Assembly: GCF_963676685.1 (NCBI RefSeq)
Contig: NC_092344.1
Location: 99,138,001-99,202,000, forward strand
Length of the DNA stretch: 64,000 nucleotides
DNA from: Mytilus edulis
Lineage: Eukaryota
Direction of reading: 5' to 3'
Below the pieces are notes generated by a model. The model had not been told where the DNA came from and did not search any database. It worked only from the letters and a program-made list of their open reading frames with translations. Shown in pieces: positions 1-13,800 of this stretch. Both the position numbers and the translations under genes were made by a program. Within the stretch, counting starts at the first letter, position 1; the number at the start of each line of letters is the position of its first letter.

Positions 1-80
1 TAGGGTATCTGTTCTTATAATTTTAGTTTGCCTCAATCTTCATGACCTTATGTTATAAAACTTATACTCAAGTTTAATTA

Positions 81-2192
81 AGAACAAATTAGAGGGCTAG
101 GGTAAGATCCAAAGAAATAATTGGTCTGATAGGTTCAGTTCCTGGCCATATACTTAAGAAAACAGACGAGGGGGCTGGGATAAGAATATTTATTATTCCA
201 ATCAAGCGCCCTTGATGGGCAGCATAACATGTACACATAAAACAATACATCATGATTTGTAACAGAAAAACATTTTTAAAAACTAAAATGAAACATTGAA
301 AAAAAGTTCAGACAGATCTATAAAAATCATATACATTTAATTCCAGGCAGGATCAGAACCAGAAAATCATTACAATTATCATTGTTATAACATACATTAT
401 TAACATTTCGTCTAACATCTAGACATGTAATAATATAGCTCCCTAAATATTTAAGTACAGATATATTTTCATTAGTAAGTAACCAAACAAATTTTGCCTC
501 GTTTGAAAGATGTATAAAATTAAGACAAATACAGTTTATCACCTTGAAAAATATCTCCCTATCATTTTTGTATGCTGGACAATTAGTTATAAAATGTTGT
601 TCATCTTCAACCAGATTTAGAGTACGTAACATTTCTTACAAAGCCTTTAGATAAGATCCAAAGAAATAACTGGTCTGAAAGGTTCAGTCCCTTCCAGTAT
701 ACAGAACAGATAAGAGGCCAGGGTAAGATCCTAAGAAATAACTGGTCTGATAGGTTCAGTCCCTTCCAGTATACAGAACAGATAAGGGGGTCAGGGTAAG
801 ATCCAAAGAAATAACTGGTCTGATAGGTTCAGTCCCTTCCAGTATACAGAACAGATAAGGGCGTCAGGGTAAGATCCAAAGAAATAACTGGTCTGATAGG
901 TTCAGTCCCTTCCAGTATACAGAACAGATAAGGGGGTCAGGGTAAGATCCAAAGAAATAACTGGTCTGATAGGTTCAGTCCCTTCCAGTATACAGAACAG
1001 ATAAGAGGCCAGGGTAAGATCCTAAGAAATAACTGGTCTGATAGGTTCAGTCCCTTCCATTATACAGAACAGATAAGGGGGTCAGGGTAAGATCCAAAGA
1101 AATAACTGGTCTGATAGGTTCAGTCCCTTCCAGTATACAGAACAGATAAGGGGGTCAGGGTAAGATCCAAAGAAATAACTGGTCTGATAGGTTCAGTCCC
1201 TTCCAGTATACAGAACAGATAAGGGGGCCAGGGTAAGATCCAAAGAAATAACTGGTCTGATAGGTTCAGTCCCTTCCAGTATACAGAACAGATAGGGGGC
1301 CAGAGTAAGATCCAAAGAAATAACTGGTCTGATAGGTTCAGTCCCTTCCAGTATACAGAACAGATAAGGGGGCCAGGGTAAGATCCAAAGAAATAACTGG
1401 TCTGATAGGTACAGTCCCTTCCAGTATACAGAACAGATAAGGGGGTCAGGGTAAGATCCAAAGAAATAACTGGTCTGATAGGTTCAGTCCCTTCCAGTAT
1501 ACAGAACAGATAAGAGGGCCAGGGTAAGATCCAAAGAAATAACTGGTCTGATAGGTTCAGTCCCTTCCAGTATACAGAACAGATAAGAGGGCCAGGGTAA
1601 GATCCAAAGAAATAACTGGTCTGATAGGTTCAGTCTCTTCCAGTATACAGAACAGATAAGGGGGCCAGGGTAAGACCCAAAGAAATAACTGGTCTGATAG
1701 GTTCAGTCCCTTCCAGTATACAGAACAGATAAGGGGGTCAGGGTAAGATCCAAAGAAATAACTGGTCTGATAGGTACAGTCCCTTCCAGTATACAGAACA
1801 GATAAGGGGGCCAGGATAAGATCCAAAGAAATAACTGGTCTGATAGGTTCAGTCCCTTCCAGTATACAGAACAGATAAGGGGGCCAGGGTAAGATCCAAA
1901 GAAATAATTGGTCTGATAGGTTCAGTCCCTTCCAGTATACAGAACAGATAAGGGGGCCAAGATAAGATCCAAAGAAATAACTGGTCTGATAGGTTCAGTC
2001 CCTTCCAGTATACAGAACAGATAAGGGGGTCAGGGTAAGATCCAAAGAAATAACTGGTCTGATAGGTTCAGTCCCTTCCAGTATACAGAACAGATAAGGG
2101 GGCCAAGATAAGATCCAAAGAAATAACTGGTCTGATAGGTTCAGTCCCTTCCAGTATACAGAACAGATAAGGGGGCCAGGGTAAGATCCAAT
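81..2192 (+). repeat. 73-bp tandem minisatellite (~21 near-identical copies 656-2192 plus ~1.5 diverged copies 81-185), probably intronic to LRIG
   Basis: Unit GGGTAAGATCCAAAGAAATAACTGGTCTGATAGGTTCAGTCCCTTCCAGTATACAGAACAGATAAGGGGG(T/C)CA repeats with period 73 (e.g. 721, 794). Confidence 0.97.
186..649 (-). mobile_element. 5'-truncated non-LTR retrotransposon (CR1/L2-group-like 3' end) inserted in the minisatellite
   Basis: ORF 327-632(-) has VEDEQHFITNCPAY...FVWLL, resembling the C-terminal EDxxHxxxxC region of LINE ORF2; 3' UTR has a small hairpin and AATAAA on the - strand; flanked by 7-bp direct repeat GATAAGA (179-185, 650-656). Confidence 0.8.
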
Positions 2193-3989
2193 GGTATAAA
2201 ATCATCTGAGGTAGAACATAATTACTTTAATGAAGATAATATCCACCTCAGCTTACGAGAGAAATGTAATGTGAACAATTGCTCAGTTTTGACAATTGAA
2301 CAGATCTACAATTGCCTGGTTTAAGCGATTGCAGATTTTGTATTGTTATATTTTCCCATTTAATTTAAATGTTCAATGTGAATTAGATAACTGTTATTGT
2401 ATATATACATGTATGGCTTATTATTTATTCTAAACTCTTTTGCTACATCGTACATGTACAAGTTTACAGAAATAAATTACTTCATAATGATAATCTGAAA
2501 GTAACTTGTGTAGCCAGTATGTCTCCTAAAGTGTGACCAAAGATATCACAAACTCATGATGGAAAAATAACCTTATTTAAAAATTCACTTTTTTCTTTTC
2601 ATTTCTAGAGAGGTTCCTTTGAAGATGTTATGAATGAATTTCATTGTTATGACAACTTATTGAAATCAAATTGTAATAAAATGTGTAATTTCCACCAGAT
2701 AGGTATTTGACTAAATTTGACCAATATGTGCCTTTCAAGATAGTATTAGGGAAAAAATGTGGGAAATGGTAATTTGATTGGATAAAAGAAATTACAATGT
2801 AATAACAAAAGTTATTTTCAGGGTGAAGGTAAAGCTAGATACTTTGGTTCTGAGATTTGTAATATATTTTCATATATTTTATTGAAGACATGGCTGACAG
2901 TTTTAAATCTTTGTTTCTTAACAAACATAATTTATACAGTAGAATAATAGAAAAAGAATAGTGTAGGAAAACCCTGGTTTAAAATAGAATTCATTTTAAA
3001 TGCAACTTTTGAGTTATTTTTTTGAACTGGTTACAAATAGTTATTTGTTACAGTATTATCTCACGGTCACTGATTTTGTTTAGTGGAAGGTGGGTTTTTA
3101 CGTCTATAGTTACATATAAAATCTTAAAGTTTTGTTTCATTCATTGTTACGACCTTTATTAAATTACAAGTCTGTGTAGCCAAAAGTAACAAAAAAGTCA
3201 TTACAAGTACGAAAAATGTATTAACTTATAGGGTACAGTCGAGAATTAGAGAATTACGTGTATCTTATATAAAGGGGACATCACTGTTCCCAGACAGCAT
3301 CTGCAAGAGATCAAATTGACGTAGGTGATAGTTAAACACGATTTATGATGAAATGACTTTTGAAGTTGTTTTTATATTGTTTGATTTTAGTTATGGCCAA
3401 ATGTACATGAATACTTGATCAGTTCCAAATTGTAGGGTTTGCATTTGTCAGGATAAATTTTTGTAGAAGATTTACGATTAATTTGATAGGGCTTGATTGT
3501 TTATTTGGGATCAAGTTTTTAAAAAGAAGCAGATTGAATTCTTTGATGCGACCATTTTTAGTGGCGAGTTTTCATGACAATGTCTATTTATGTTAATTTA
3601 GTTTAAAAAGTCATGATTTGTGATTCAGTACATTTTTTATTGGAAATAAGATCCCATTCAAATGCAGAAATGAATTAACCCAATACTGTTGGAAACATTA
3701 AAGAAAATAAAATACAAATTGAGTATCCTTTACAAAGTGTATCAGTTTCCTTTAATTAGATGTATAGAAGTATATTTTAACACTTTGTAGAGAAACTATA
3801 AAGAATACTTTACAAGATGGAGTAGAATTAAATCGAACCCCTGACAGAGAAACACTTTTAAGCTGAAATTAAGGTTCTTGAGAAAAAATATATGACAAAT
3901 TCATAATGGTATACGTGGGAGCTATATTGTGATCACCTTTTGCGTATACCCAATAGTTGTTTTATCCATTCATTTGTTCAATTTTTATT

Positions 3990-4165
3990 TGTCACTGATG
4001 TCAAATTCCTGTATCCTACTTCTAGCTGCCATAATTGCACATGTAATATCCCATGTCCCGCCGTGTTTCGTTTCCAATTTTCACGCTAAATTATTTGACT
4101 TTCACATGTCATGCAAAAAAAAAAATCAGCCAATTCCCTGTTATGCTTAGACACCAATGAGACCG
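3990..4165 (+). mobile_element. Decayed partial copy of the MITE family at 19820-20043
   Basis: Shares ATTCCTGTATCC, TTGACTTTCAC(A/G)TGTCA and the GCTTAGAC.CCA.TGAGACC terminus with the 19820 element. Confidence 0.6.
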
Positions 4166-4781
4166 GCACTATGAATTCACATTTGGCCAGCAGCTTAGTA
4201 GTGATGAGTAATGTGGTCTTTTCTGATTTGTTAGAACTCTATCTTGAAGTATATAAAAGATTTGTGGTATGGTCGATGTAACCATCAAACACGGGATGTA
4301 TTGGGCAAATGATTGGGGTGCTGTTCTCTCAAGGTCACAAACTAGGTTCACAATTGAATATCCCACAACCAAATACACAAAATCATGCCTGGCTTATTAT
4401 ACTTAGAAAAACTTAGTTATAATCGGTATGGCTATAATTGCAAAGAGGTTGCCATTACTTTGTTTGAGTTGGGGTATTCTTTTGTTGGATGATGAGTGTT
4501 CCTGTACCTTTAGTATAAGCTGTATTACTAGAATGTACCAAGCATTAGTCTTCCTCATTAATCAAATATCAGTAGCAATTGTCAATAATGTATTTTGACA
4601 GTATATTATAAGAATAGTATTAGAAAGAGTACTTTGTAATTATATATTTTAGAAATAACGATAAAGAAAAAATATCCCAGGATCAACAAAAAGGGCTGTT
4701 AATGAACACAGACAAATGATTGGTGCAATCTAAACAATTTCATGGATAAATTCTGAGAATGAACTTTTTTGTCTATTTCAG

Positions 4782-4853
4782 GGATGTCAGTAACAATGAA
4801 ATTAAATTTCTAAATGGTTCGGTCCTGGAACATCTTTCTGGTCTACAACAGTT
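4782..4853 (+). CDS. LRIG: LRIG exon, 1 LRR ([24 protein letters not shown])
   Basis: tttcag|...|gtaagt, 72 nt, phase 2-2. Confidence 0.9.
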
Positions 4854-7800
4854 GTAAGTATATATATATATATATACCATACTCATCCATATAGGATTAA
4901 TGTCTTTAGATTAACCAAAGTAGAATGATGGTTGCTTTGAAGGTGAATATCACTGCAAATTATCAGGAAAAACAAATGTTACATACTTCAAGTCAAAATC
5001 AGCTATTTAAACACCAATAAAGGGGGTTGGAGGGGGGATCGTGGCAAAACAGAGACTCAGTTTGCAAGAAAGAATGCAAATGCCAGCCTGGTGTGAGGAA
5101 CATCAGTAAGTAGACGTTTTACTATTTACATTTATGTATGTCCATATGTCCTCACTTTGTAATTTCAATCACACCAGTGACTGGACATTTATATGATACT
5201 TTTAAGAAAGTTGTCAGCTTAAAATGTCATTTTGTACCTTCTATTTCAATTTTTAATGGTTTTCTTTGTCATGAACATGGACTTACAACAATCTTGTCTG
5301 CAAATGTTTTGATATTTTAGCACTGTTCTTGATATTCTAGATATATAATATATTAATCATTTTTATCTTCAGAAAATTAAACCACAATAAATTGACAGAG
5401 TTTCCAAAGTTGATAGCATTGCCGTCTCTCTTATCCATAGAAGCGTAAGTACTCTTATTTCATTCAGTCAGTAAAAGTGGCCGGCCATGAGCAGAAACTT
5501 GCTTCAAAACTTTATTTCTCTCAGTATAATATGTTTTCATTCTTTGAAAAAAATCACTGAAAATGCATTCAGTCTGTCAACATAGGGAGTAAGTTCTATG
5601 AGACTGATTCCTTAATATAGCACTAATTGGTTTGGGTTCTATCATTACTTTGAACACTGTGTTTTGATCTATTTCAAGAAGAAAAATCCTAGATTATATG
5701 TTGATTTGTATGAATTATAAACTTATTTCAAAATCAGTCATATTTATATGGTGATGAAAGTTTCTTTAACATCGATTCATTTCAACATGGATATTAAAAA
5801 ATTCTTTGATGTATTAATCATAACATGTTATTTTTCAATGAACTGCAGCCAAGTAATAAATCTAAATTCATTTTTAATAAAAACTTTCTTTAAAACATTT
5901 TATTTTGCATGTCCAATAAAACCTAATCGAAAGATTGTCATAATTTTTAGGAGATATTTAAATTTTTTATAGAAGAAACTTGACACAGTTTGAAGTGTCT
6001 TGTAAATTTCAACAAATCTTTTGTTGTCACTGTTTCATGGACGATGTTTGAATATTGATGACCTCTCCAACCTATGCAAGCGTTATAAGGGTAGATTTAT
6101 CTACAAAGATCTGCTTTATCGCAACTCTACCTGCAAAATGGATCAGGTCCAATAAAAAATGTGACAAGATTAATATGTTATACTATTGGTAGGGTCACGC
6201 TATACCCCTTCAAGTATTAGGCAATTACTCAAACGGTAGTCAGGATATTTTGGGAGAACTTAGCTACCCAAAAATGTCCTGCGGAAAACTAAATATTGCT
6301 CTCCTATTAATAATCTTTTTTTATGACAATTATCAAATTTGTATTTTCTGTATAATTTATTAATCATAGTCTTCAGAGCTGCATTTGATGTATGAGGATA
6401 TCAAAGCTGGACTTTGTTTCAGATGATTTTGTTTTCAAATGTGTGGGGTTATTGGAATTATTTTTGTCCATCGAAATTTATGATTACATCACTTTAAAAA
6501 ATTTATTTCACATTTTAGCATGTGCATGGGTAAAATTTATTTCCAACTAGGACAGTTTCTTTGGTCTTTTTAAGAAATAATTTTTGTTTACATTTCCTTT
6601 CAATACCCTTCATTCCGCTTCATGAATGAAACGCCATATTAATAGATTAAATGCATGTACATGCATCACAACAATATCTCTCCATGTTGGCTTGTACTTT
6701 ATATAATTGTTAAAGAATTTATTTGCTACAGGTAATTCAAAGCTGATAGTTTGTAAGATTCAAATAATCGACAATCAAATGATTGAAATAAAGGTGACAA
6801 ATACGAGATAACAGTATCAAATATGTTTAGGTTTATCTCAACAAACTTGTGAAAACTACCACCATGTATAGTTTTGATTAAATTTTTATATTGATAAAAT
6901 GCTGTGATTTGAACTAGACATATCCCGCATAGAAGATGTTAGAAAAGATGACATTTTGAATCTTTGATATAAGAAGGTAGATAACTGATATAAGAGGGTC
7001 GAAGAATTTTGTTTTAACTAAGGACAAATTGAATTTGTTTGTTTAAGAAAACATTAAACCAACAGAAGTTTACATTAGGAAACACCAATAAACTAATAGT
7101 TTTATTCTTTTTTCAGGAATCATAATCGAATAACATTTATTGCCCAGGAATTCTGCTTGCAAATGCCACAGTTAAAGGCAATAGAAATGAACAACAATTA
7201 TATTACTGATATTTCTCCTGGTGTATTTCCTGTCAATAATGTTATTCACAAAATGTAAGTTATTTATGAAATATTTGTCAGCTCTGGATGCCTAAAGAAT
7301 TTTGCTTAGCTGATTCTGTCATTAAAAAAAAATTGGTTGATATCATTAAAAAGACAAGTTCAATGTCATATTTACATGTGTGCTGTAAATAGCAAATTTT
7401 TTTTTTTTTACTTGAATTCAATTTTTTTTCAATTTTCACTTGACTTTTTACTTGAAATTGAAAAATTATTCAATGATCATTGATGAGCAATTTTGTCCCA
7501 TACAGTATAAAATATTGATATTCATAATTTTATTTTTTTCCCCCTCATTTCTTAACACTAATGTCATAATGAATTGTTTTGTCCATAAATTAAAAAAATG
7601 TAACCCAGAATTATTAGACCACATTGAATCACATGCCATGTCTATCAGCACTATCCAATACTTCATCAAATTTAATAACCACACCAGTTTATCAAATAAT
7701 ATAAGAGGTGTTATGTAATTTTGGAATTTGTTAAAAATTGTTTATAAAGTGATGGGTGAGATAATAAATTTGATAGTAGATGATATGTTTGTGGAGACTA

Positions 7801-10800
7801 TAACAGGCTCGTGGAGCCTTGAGCCTGCCCTTTTGGGTGGATTTCATTTGGTTTTTATTGTCTGTAAAAATTGACAAGAGCATTCAGTTTGTTCCAACAG
7901 CTAAAAACAATGACATTATAGGAATTGAAAGGTTATACTGCATTTTCTCTCTAGACTTTTAGGCTACAGAGATTTTCTTGTCTGTGTTAAAATCTAGTTG
8001 CATGTTCCATATTGTTTATTTATCTAATAAATCGGTAAAGATCAGTTGGTAAAAGTAATACATTCCATTCACCTTCTTGTTAAACTGCTAGCAATGAAAG
8101 GAGCCATGCTAAAACTTGCAATCCAATAGGGAACCCATTCATTTGAATAAAATTAATGTTGTTTACCATTTTTACCATGGTTAAGTGGAACTTAAAACTG
8201 TGAAAGATTGGACATATACAATGGAAATTGACAGGAGAGATTTATATTTGTCAAATTATTACACATTCTTTGGTCATAAATATCAATTAGATGCTGGTCA
8301 AATATAGCCTTAATGTCTGGAAGACAAATTTATGAGTTGGTATCTGTAATTTGTGTTGTATGATGCAAATTAGGACAAAGCATATATAAAGGTTCGTAGT
8401 TGTGTAGTTAAAAGTTTCAATAAAGGACTCTCACAATCAATTTTATCCTACAAATCCATTACTTTAGCCATTGTTTATCCCTTGGTTTGAAAAGTAATGA
8501 CTTGTACTTTATTTTAAAGTGCTATACATGTCAAATATCTTTATATTAAAAAATGTTTATAATGATATTGATTACCTAGCCAGTTAACTTCATTGGATTT
8601 GAGAATAATGATTTTGCTCTGGAAAGGTAACAAATGAAATCATTAGGTTGAAGTAAAAGAAGTTTTTGGAAACAGGAAAATAAAAATAAGATTTTGGGCA
8701 GTAGAACTATGTACAGATGGTGCTTCAAAGGAAGTGAGACATCTTTGAGAGTATATACACATGTAGCACACATGTCATAATATTTTTTACCTCATTAAGC
8801 AATTACAAGCTATAGATATAGTGTTTGTTATTGTCAATGTGGTTTACAAATGTCAATAAAGTCTAAATTATGAATTTAAAATTAGAAGAATTGAGTATTT
8901 GTAACATTTTTGGAAATTAGAGAGTTGACTTCTTAATAAAAGTTTGGAATGAAAATTATAGATCGAAGAAAAGTTTGGTCTTGACATAAGAAGTATATAA
9001 TCAGAAATTGAGTTTTAAGATTTAAATTTATTACTTATTGTTTTATTTGAACCTGACACCTGTGTTTAAATCTATGTATGTAGGATTGAAAAAGAGGTCA
9101 ATGTACCTGTTGAACACCTGTCCATTATTAAGAGGTAAATCCTGGTATTCTAGTTACTATTGGTCATGTTCAATCTACCTACAATTTATTTGTATTTTAT
9201 TTCTGTTTTAAATCCTAATGCTATCATTGAAAGAATAGAAGCTGTGCATGGTCTAAAAATTTATAATTGTAGCTCAGATTTAGAAATTTGATCCGTCCTA
9301 TCAACTTGAAGAAACATTTTTCATTTGCCTGAGTAAGCATGGGAGATATACATAGCAGTATTAGTTTCAGGGTTTAGACACAAGGCTAGCTAAGTACCTG
9401 ACAGAAAGCCATTACAGAATGTGTTTTCAATACCCCAACCATCTTCTCAAGTTGTACTTGCATGATCAACAGACCTTTGTTTGTTAACAGGGGAAGCTAT
9501 GTTAGAATGGGAACATTTAACAATTTAAATGTATTATTTTAATGTTCAAGATTCTTATCAGAACATATAAGATTCTAATCGCAAAAGTTCAACTACAAGT
9601 TTTTGTTAAACAAGTATAAAAAAAACTTTAAATTTAGATGTGCAGTGATAGAAGTTTAGGAATTATCTTTTTCTCAATAGAATTAAAATCTCTTAACAAT
9701 ACAATGTGCATTTAAAAGGTGTCTAGGTCAATAGGACAATATGTAAAAGCTATCATTATTTGTCAGCAGTTGTATATGATTAGGGACTTGTTAGTTTAAA
9801 TGTATAAGTCTTTGCTGAAGTTGCTTTATTGTGCAAGTCATTGTTTTTATATTATAACTAATTGTATGTAAGTAAGTTTTAAGTGGCCATGCTCATTGAT
9901 GAAGTAGAGAAATGCAAGTCATGCATTATTAAGGTCCTATTTCCTTACAACCAAATCACCATATTAAGTAATCAGATGTCAAATATAATATTTGTAAAGT
10001 ATACAAACGTAAATACCGGAGAAAGTTGACAAAAAGAGTTAGATGACAAAATACAGACAGTTGATGCAAGTTTTTTTTTCTGTAGTCTACAACAGAAAAG
10101 AAAGGATACATTTTATATGAGGGGTATTAAATTTAAACAGACATAATACTCATGCAAGGCATTTTCTGGATCAGATAACTACCTATAGAGGCCTATTTAG
10201 AATTTCGCTTGCATTTTCACTGTGCTTGCACTTATTCACAGTTGAGATTAAGCTGGGTCCCATGTATGTTTTTGATAAGATTATAATTATTGTTCCAAGT
10301 CTTTCTTAGACACTGGTCTCCCCAACAATAACAGTTCCCTATGATTCTCATGGCTATGTATGTACATATGCACACATTAAGTATGAAAAAATTGGGTTTT
10401 ATTTTTGAAGCAGTTCATTCAATTATATATACTCTTTTTACACGTTTAAGGTTTGATTGTCAATTTAAATTATGGTATAATACAAGTATGATCAACAATT
10501 TATTTGGTCCTAAACTTTAAAGATTTGGCTCCAAAATATTTGTACATTTATACTGAGGAATAGCATGAATTGTACATACATTATATTATTTGAAAACAGC
10601 TGTGGCAGTGTACTGACCATTTAGTGTTGTTTACTTTGTTGTATAGAGATTTATTACCTTAACTATCTATTTTATATTAAATTTGTATTTTCAGAAACCT
10701 GAACAATAACAGATTAGAAACTCTAGAATCTGGTTGCCTTGACAACTTGACATCTATAGAAGTTCTAAAGATGAACAAGAACAGAATAGACAGAATACCA

Positions 10801-13800
10801 AAAAAATTGTTTGACAAATTAACACAGCTGAAAACTCTGTAAGTGATGGCTGTTTTATCTGGTATTTCCTACCATTTTCTTCTTATTATTTCAATTATAC
10901 TTAGATTGTTATTACACAATGTTATAGTCAGATTACTAAAGATAAAAACATTGACATATTAAAGATTGAATAGTTAATTTGTACATTCACCTTTTTAGAA
11001 AAATATTTTTAAGGTTAAAGCTAATGGCTTCTTACAGACTTGTAACAGTTACTGAAATATAGCAATGATCTTTTAGAACTTGACTTAAGTATATCAATTT
11101 CTAGATGTTGGGTAGTTTTTAGTAAACAAATAACAATTAATTTGTCCATTTTGATGACAGATCCAAACATTGTCTACTGCAGGACTACTTTAAGGGGGTA
11201 AATGTATATTGCAGGATTGTGATAAGCACCCAGTTATTAATGGCTTTTGTCTACGTTTATGGGAACATTAAATATAATGGAAATTGTTGTTAAGTGTTTC
11301 AGTGGGAAATCCTGTCAATTTCACCATTTCTGCTTTATACTTGATAGTGATGCATCACTCTTTTACAGTCAGACTTTATTTGCAAATAATTGTTTTAAAC
11401 TACCTTGTTATAATGGTAAATGTATATTTTTTCAATGATGCATTTCCTAGAAAAGTTGAGACTAATTAATATCATGATGTAACAACCATTGTTTTGAGTC
11501 GTTATGTAATTAATGCAGACTTTTCACTATCAGAATGTATTTAATAGAAAACTATTTATTTTTTGTGACCACGCTAACAATGTCTTTTTCTATGGAAAAT
11601 AAGAGAGGAACATTAGTATCTACTGATTTTGTCTCTAAAATTTATGAGATGAAATCTGAGATAATCATTTACATATTTTTGGCACTTTAGAAGAAATAAA
11701 CACAATATGAGAAATGTCAATATGAAATTTTGTTAATTTGAATATTATTTCATCTTCACATTTTCTCTACACATTGCTGAAATATTTATGTCTTTTTTCC
11801 CCCTTAAAAAAATGTATTGGAATTTGTCATTATTGTTTAACTCTTCAATGACATAGTATTCCAATATGAATAGTGTATATGTAATAAATAATAATAAAAA
11901 CTGTTTGATTCCAGGGAAATAACCAAAAACCGACTGTCAAGGTTAGATGGAATGTCTTTCAAGAATTTAATACATCTACAAACACTGAAACTTAGAAAAA
12001 ATACGATATCAACAATGAATGATGCTACTTTCTTTGGATTAAAAGAACTGAATACCTTGTAAGTATCTCAAATAAAAATGTTATTTTACTTCCTACATGT
12101 TCTATTTTTAGAATGATTGGTCACTTGTTGTAAGGGCTGTTTCCAAATTGATTGTGGTGGGGGGGAAGGGAGGCCCTCAAATTAATAATGGGTGATGACA
12201 TTTCTCAAATTTGTTATTTATATTATGGGTTGTTGGGGACTATTAAAAGGCAACTCATGCCCCCCTCTTAAATTTCATTCAGGAACAGCCATTATTGCTT
12301 GTCAAATTCAGTGAAGAGTAACTTTTGCTTTTAAGGCTGTCTAGTATGTATAAAAGATATGTGGGTATATCTTAGAAACTCTGTGTGTTCTATGATAAAG
12401 ACAGCCTGCAAACACCTGGTCAGAACATTTTCTTGTTTAAATTTGTAAAATTAAAGATAAACAGATTGGGAATATTTTGTTAGTAGCTGGGTTTCCATCT
12501 GATATTTATGCTTGTGATAATGTTTCAAGCTAATTATAGTGTCAGATAGAATATTTTTTACACCTTACTGAGGCTGTGTTTTTACAATCTGATGGAGGTC
12601 TTTAGTAAGGGGGTCCTCAATCGGTCCCATCATAAAGGTGTAGGCCAAGTACATGAATTAAGCAAGATACCATAATATCATATTACTTCTGTCAAACCAA
12701 GCAGATATATACATATTGCAGTAATGCACCATATATTTTTGATGTAGTAACATAGTGTAACAGGAGTTGGAAAGAAAGAAACATTTGTCATGATTATCTG
12801 AGGTATAATTTGTCCTTAATCCCTTGTTCACTGTGCAAGATATCCTGAAATGTAAATTATATTGGAAATATCATACAGAAAAAATCCTAAATCTGAATGT
12901 TTGTTTCAATGTTGGTTTTAATAAATGATTTATTACTAAAAATTGAAACGTGTGATTGAGAAGTATTATATTTACCAAATATTTTCTTTATTACAAAAAC
13001 TTTCTAAACCCTGACGCAAAAAGTTAGGAAAACATGGATAAACAATGAAGTTTTTATCAGTGATAACTGCTGTAAAATTCTCATTGTAATCAATCTCACT
13101 TAAACATTTGTTATAATATCTTCACCTTCTGTTTTTGAAACGGTCATTAGCAACTTAAGTAGATTTGCAGGTTGGGAAGTTTTGGTTTCTATCAGTATTC
13201 AGGTATAGGGTATCCTAGTCAGCTACTTTGTGAACCATTTGTTTTGCTAATTATCCTTCATATGATCCTTAGTGTACGTAAGATACACCCTGCTACAATC
13301 CGAATCTCTCATTTGATTTCTAAAATAAACCTCACTTACAGAAGTTAGAATCGTTATGTAGCAGGAGGTATAGTCATTCCGATCCCTGACCAGTCTCTCA
13401 TAGGAATTCATTACTGCTTATGCAGGTGCTGCAAAAATAGTTGTATTAATATATATTATGTAAATATTTAGATAATTTCTTCTTCTTTAAATGAATTTGT
13501 TATTTCACTCTAATATGAAATAACAAAAACAAAAGAACATTTTCATAAGACAATGATGATAGATAAAGAAATCAGAATAAACATTTTTAATGTTTTATAT
13601 TTGGGACAACATCATTATAATTTTAAGTTCAAATGATTCCATATAATGTAATATGGGTACTTATGATGTCATCAAAGACTGTCCATCTTTTATAGAAAAG
13701 ATTTATTATTGGTCACGTCTTTATTTTTGTTGTTTTGTTCATAACTAAATGAATTAATTGTTATAAATCATTTTTACTTTACAGACAACTGGACCACAAC

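Noticed and set aside
656-2192. CRISPR array or coding ORFs (1120-1461, 1557-1826) in the 73-bp repeat
   Set aside because: No unique spacers, no cas genes, eukaryotic context; the ORFs are translations of the satellite.
2200-4780. Missing LRIG signal peptide/LRRNT exons
   Set aside because: No CPxxCxC-type coding segment with splice sites found; presumed upstream of the window.
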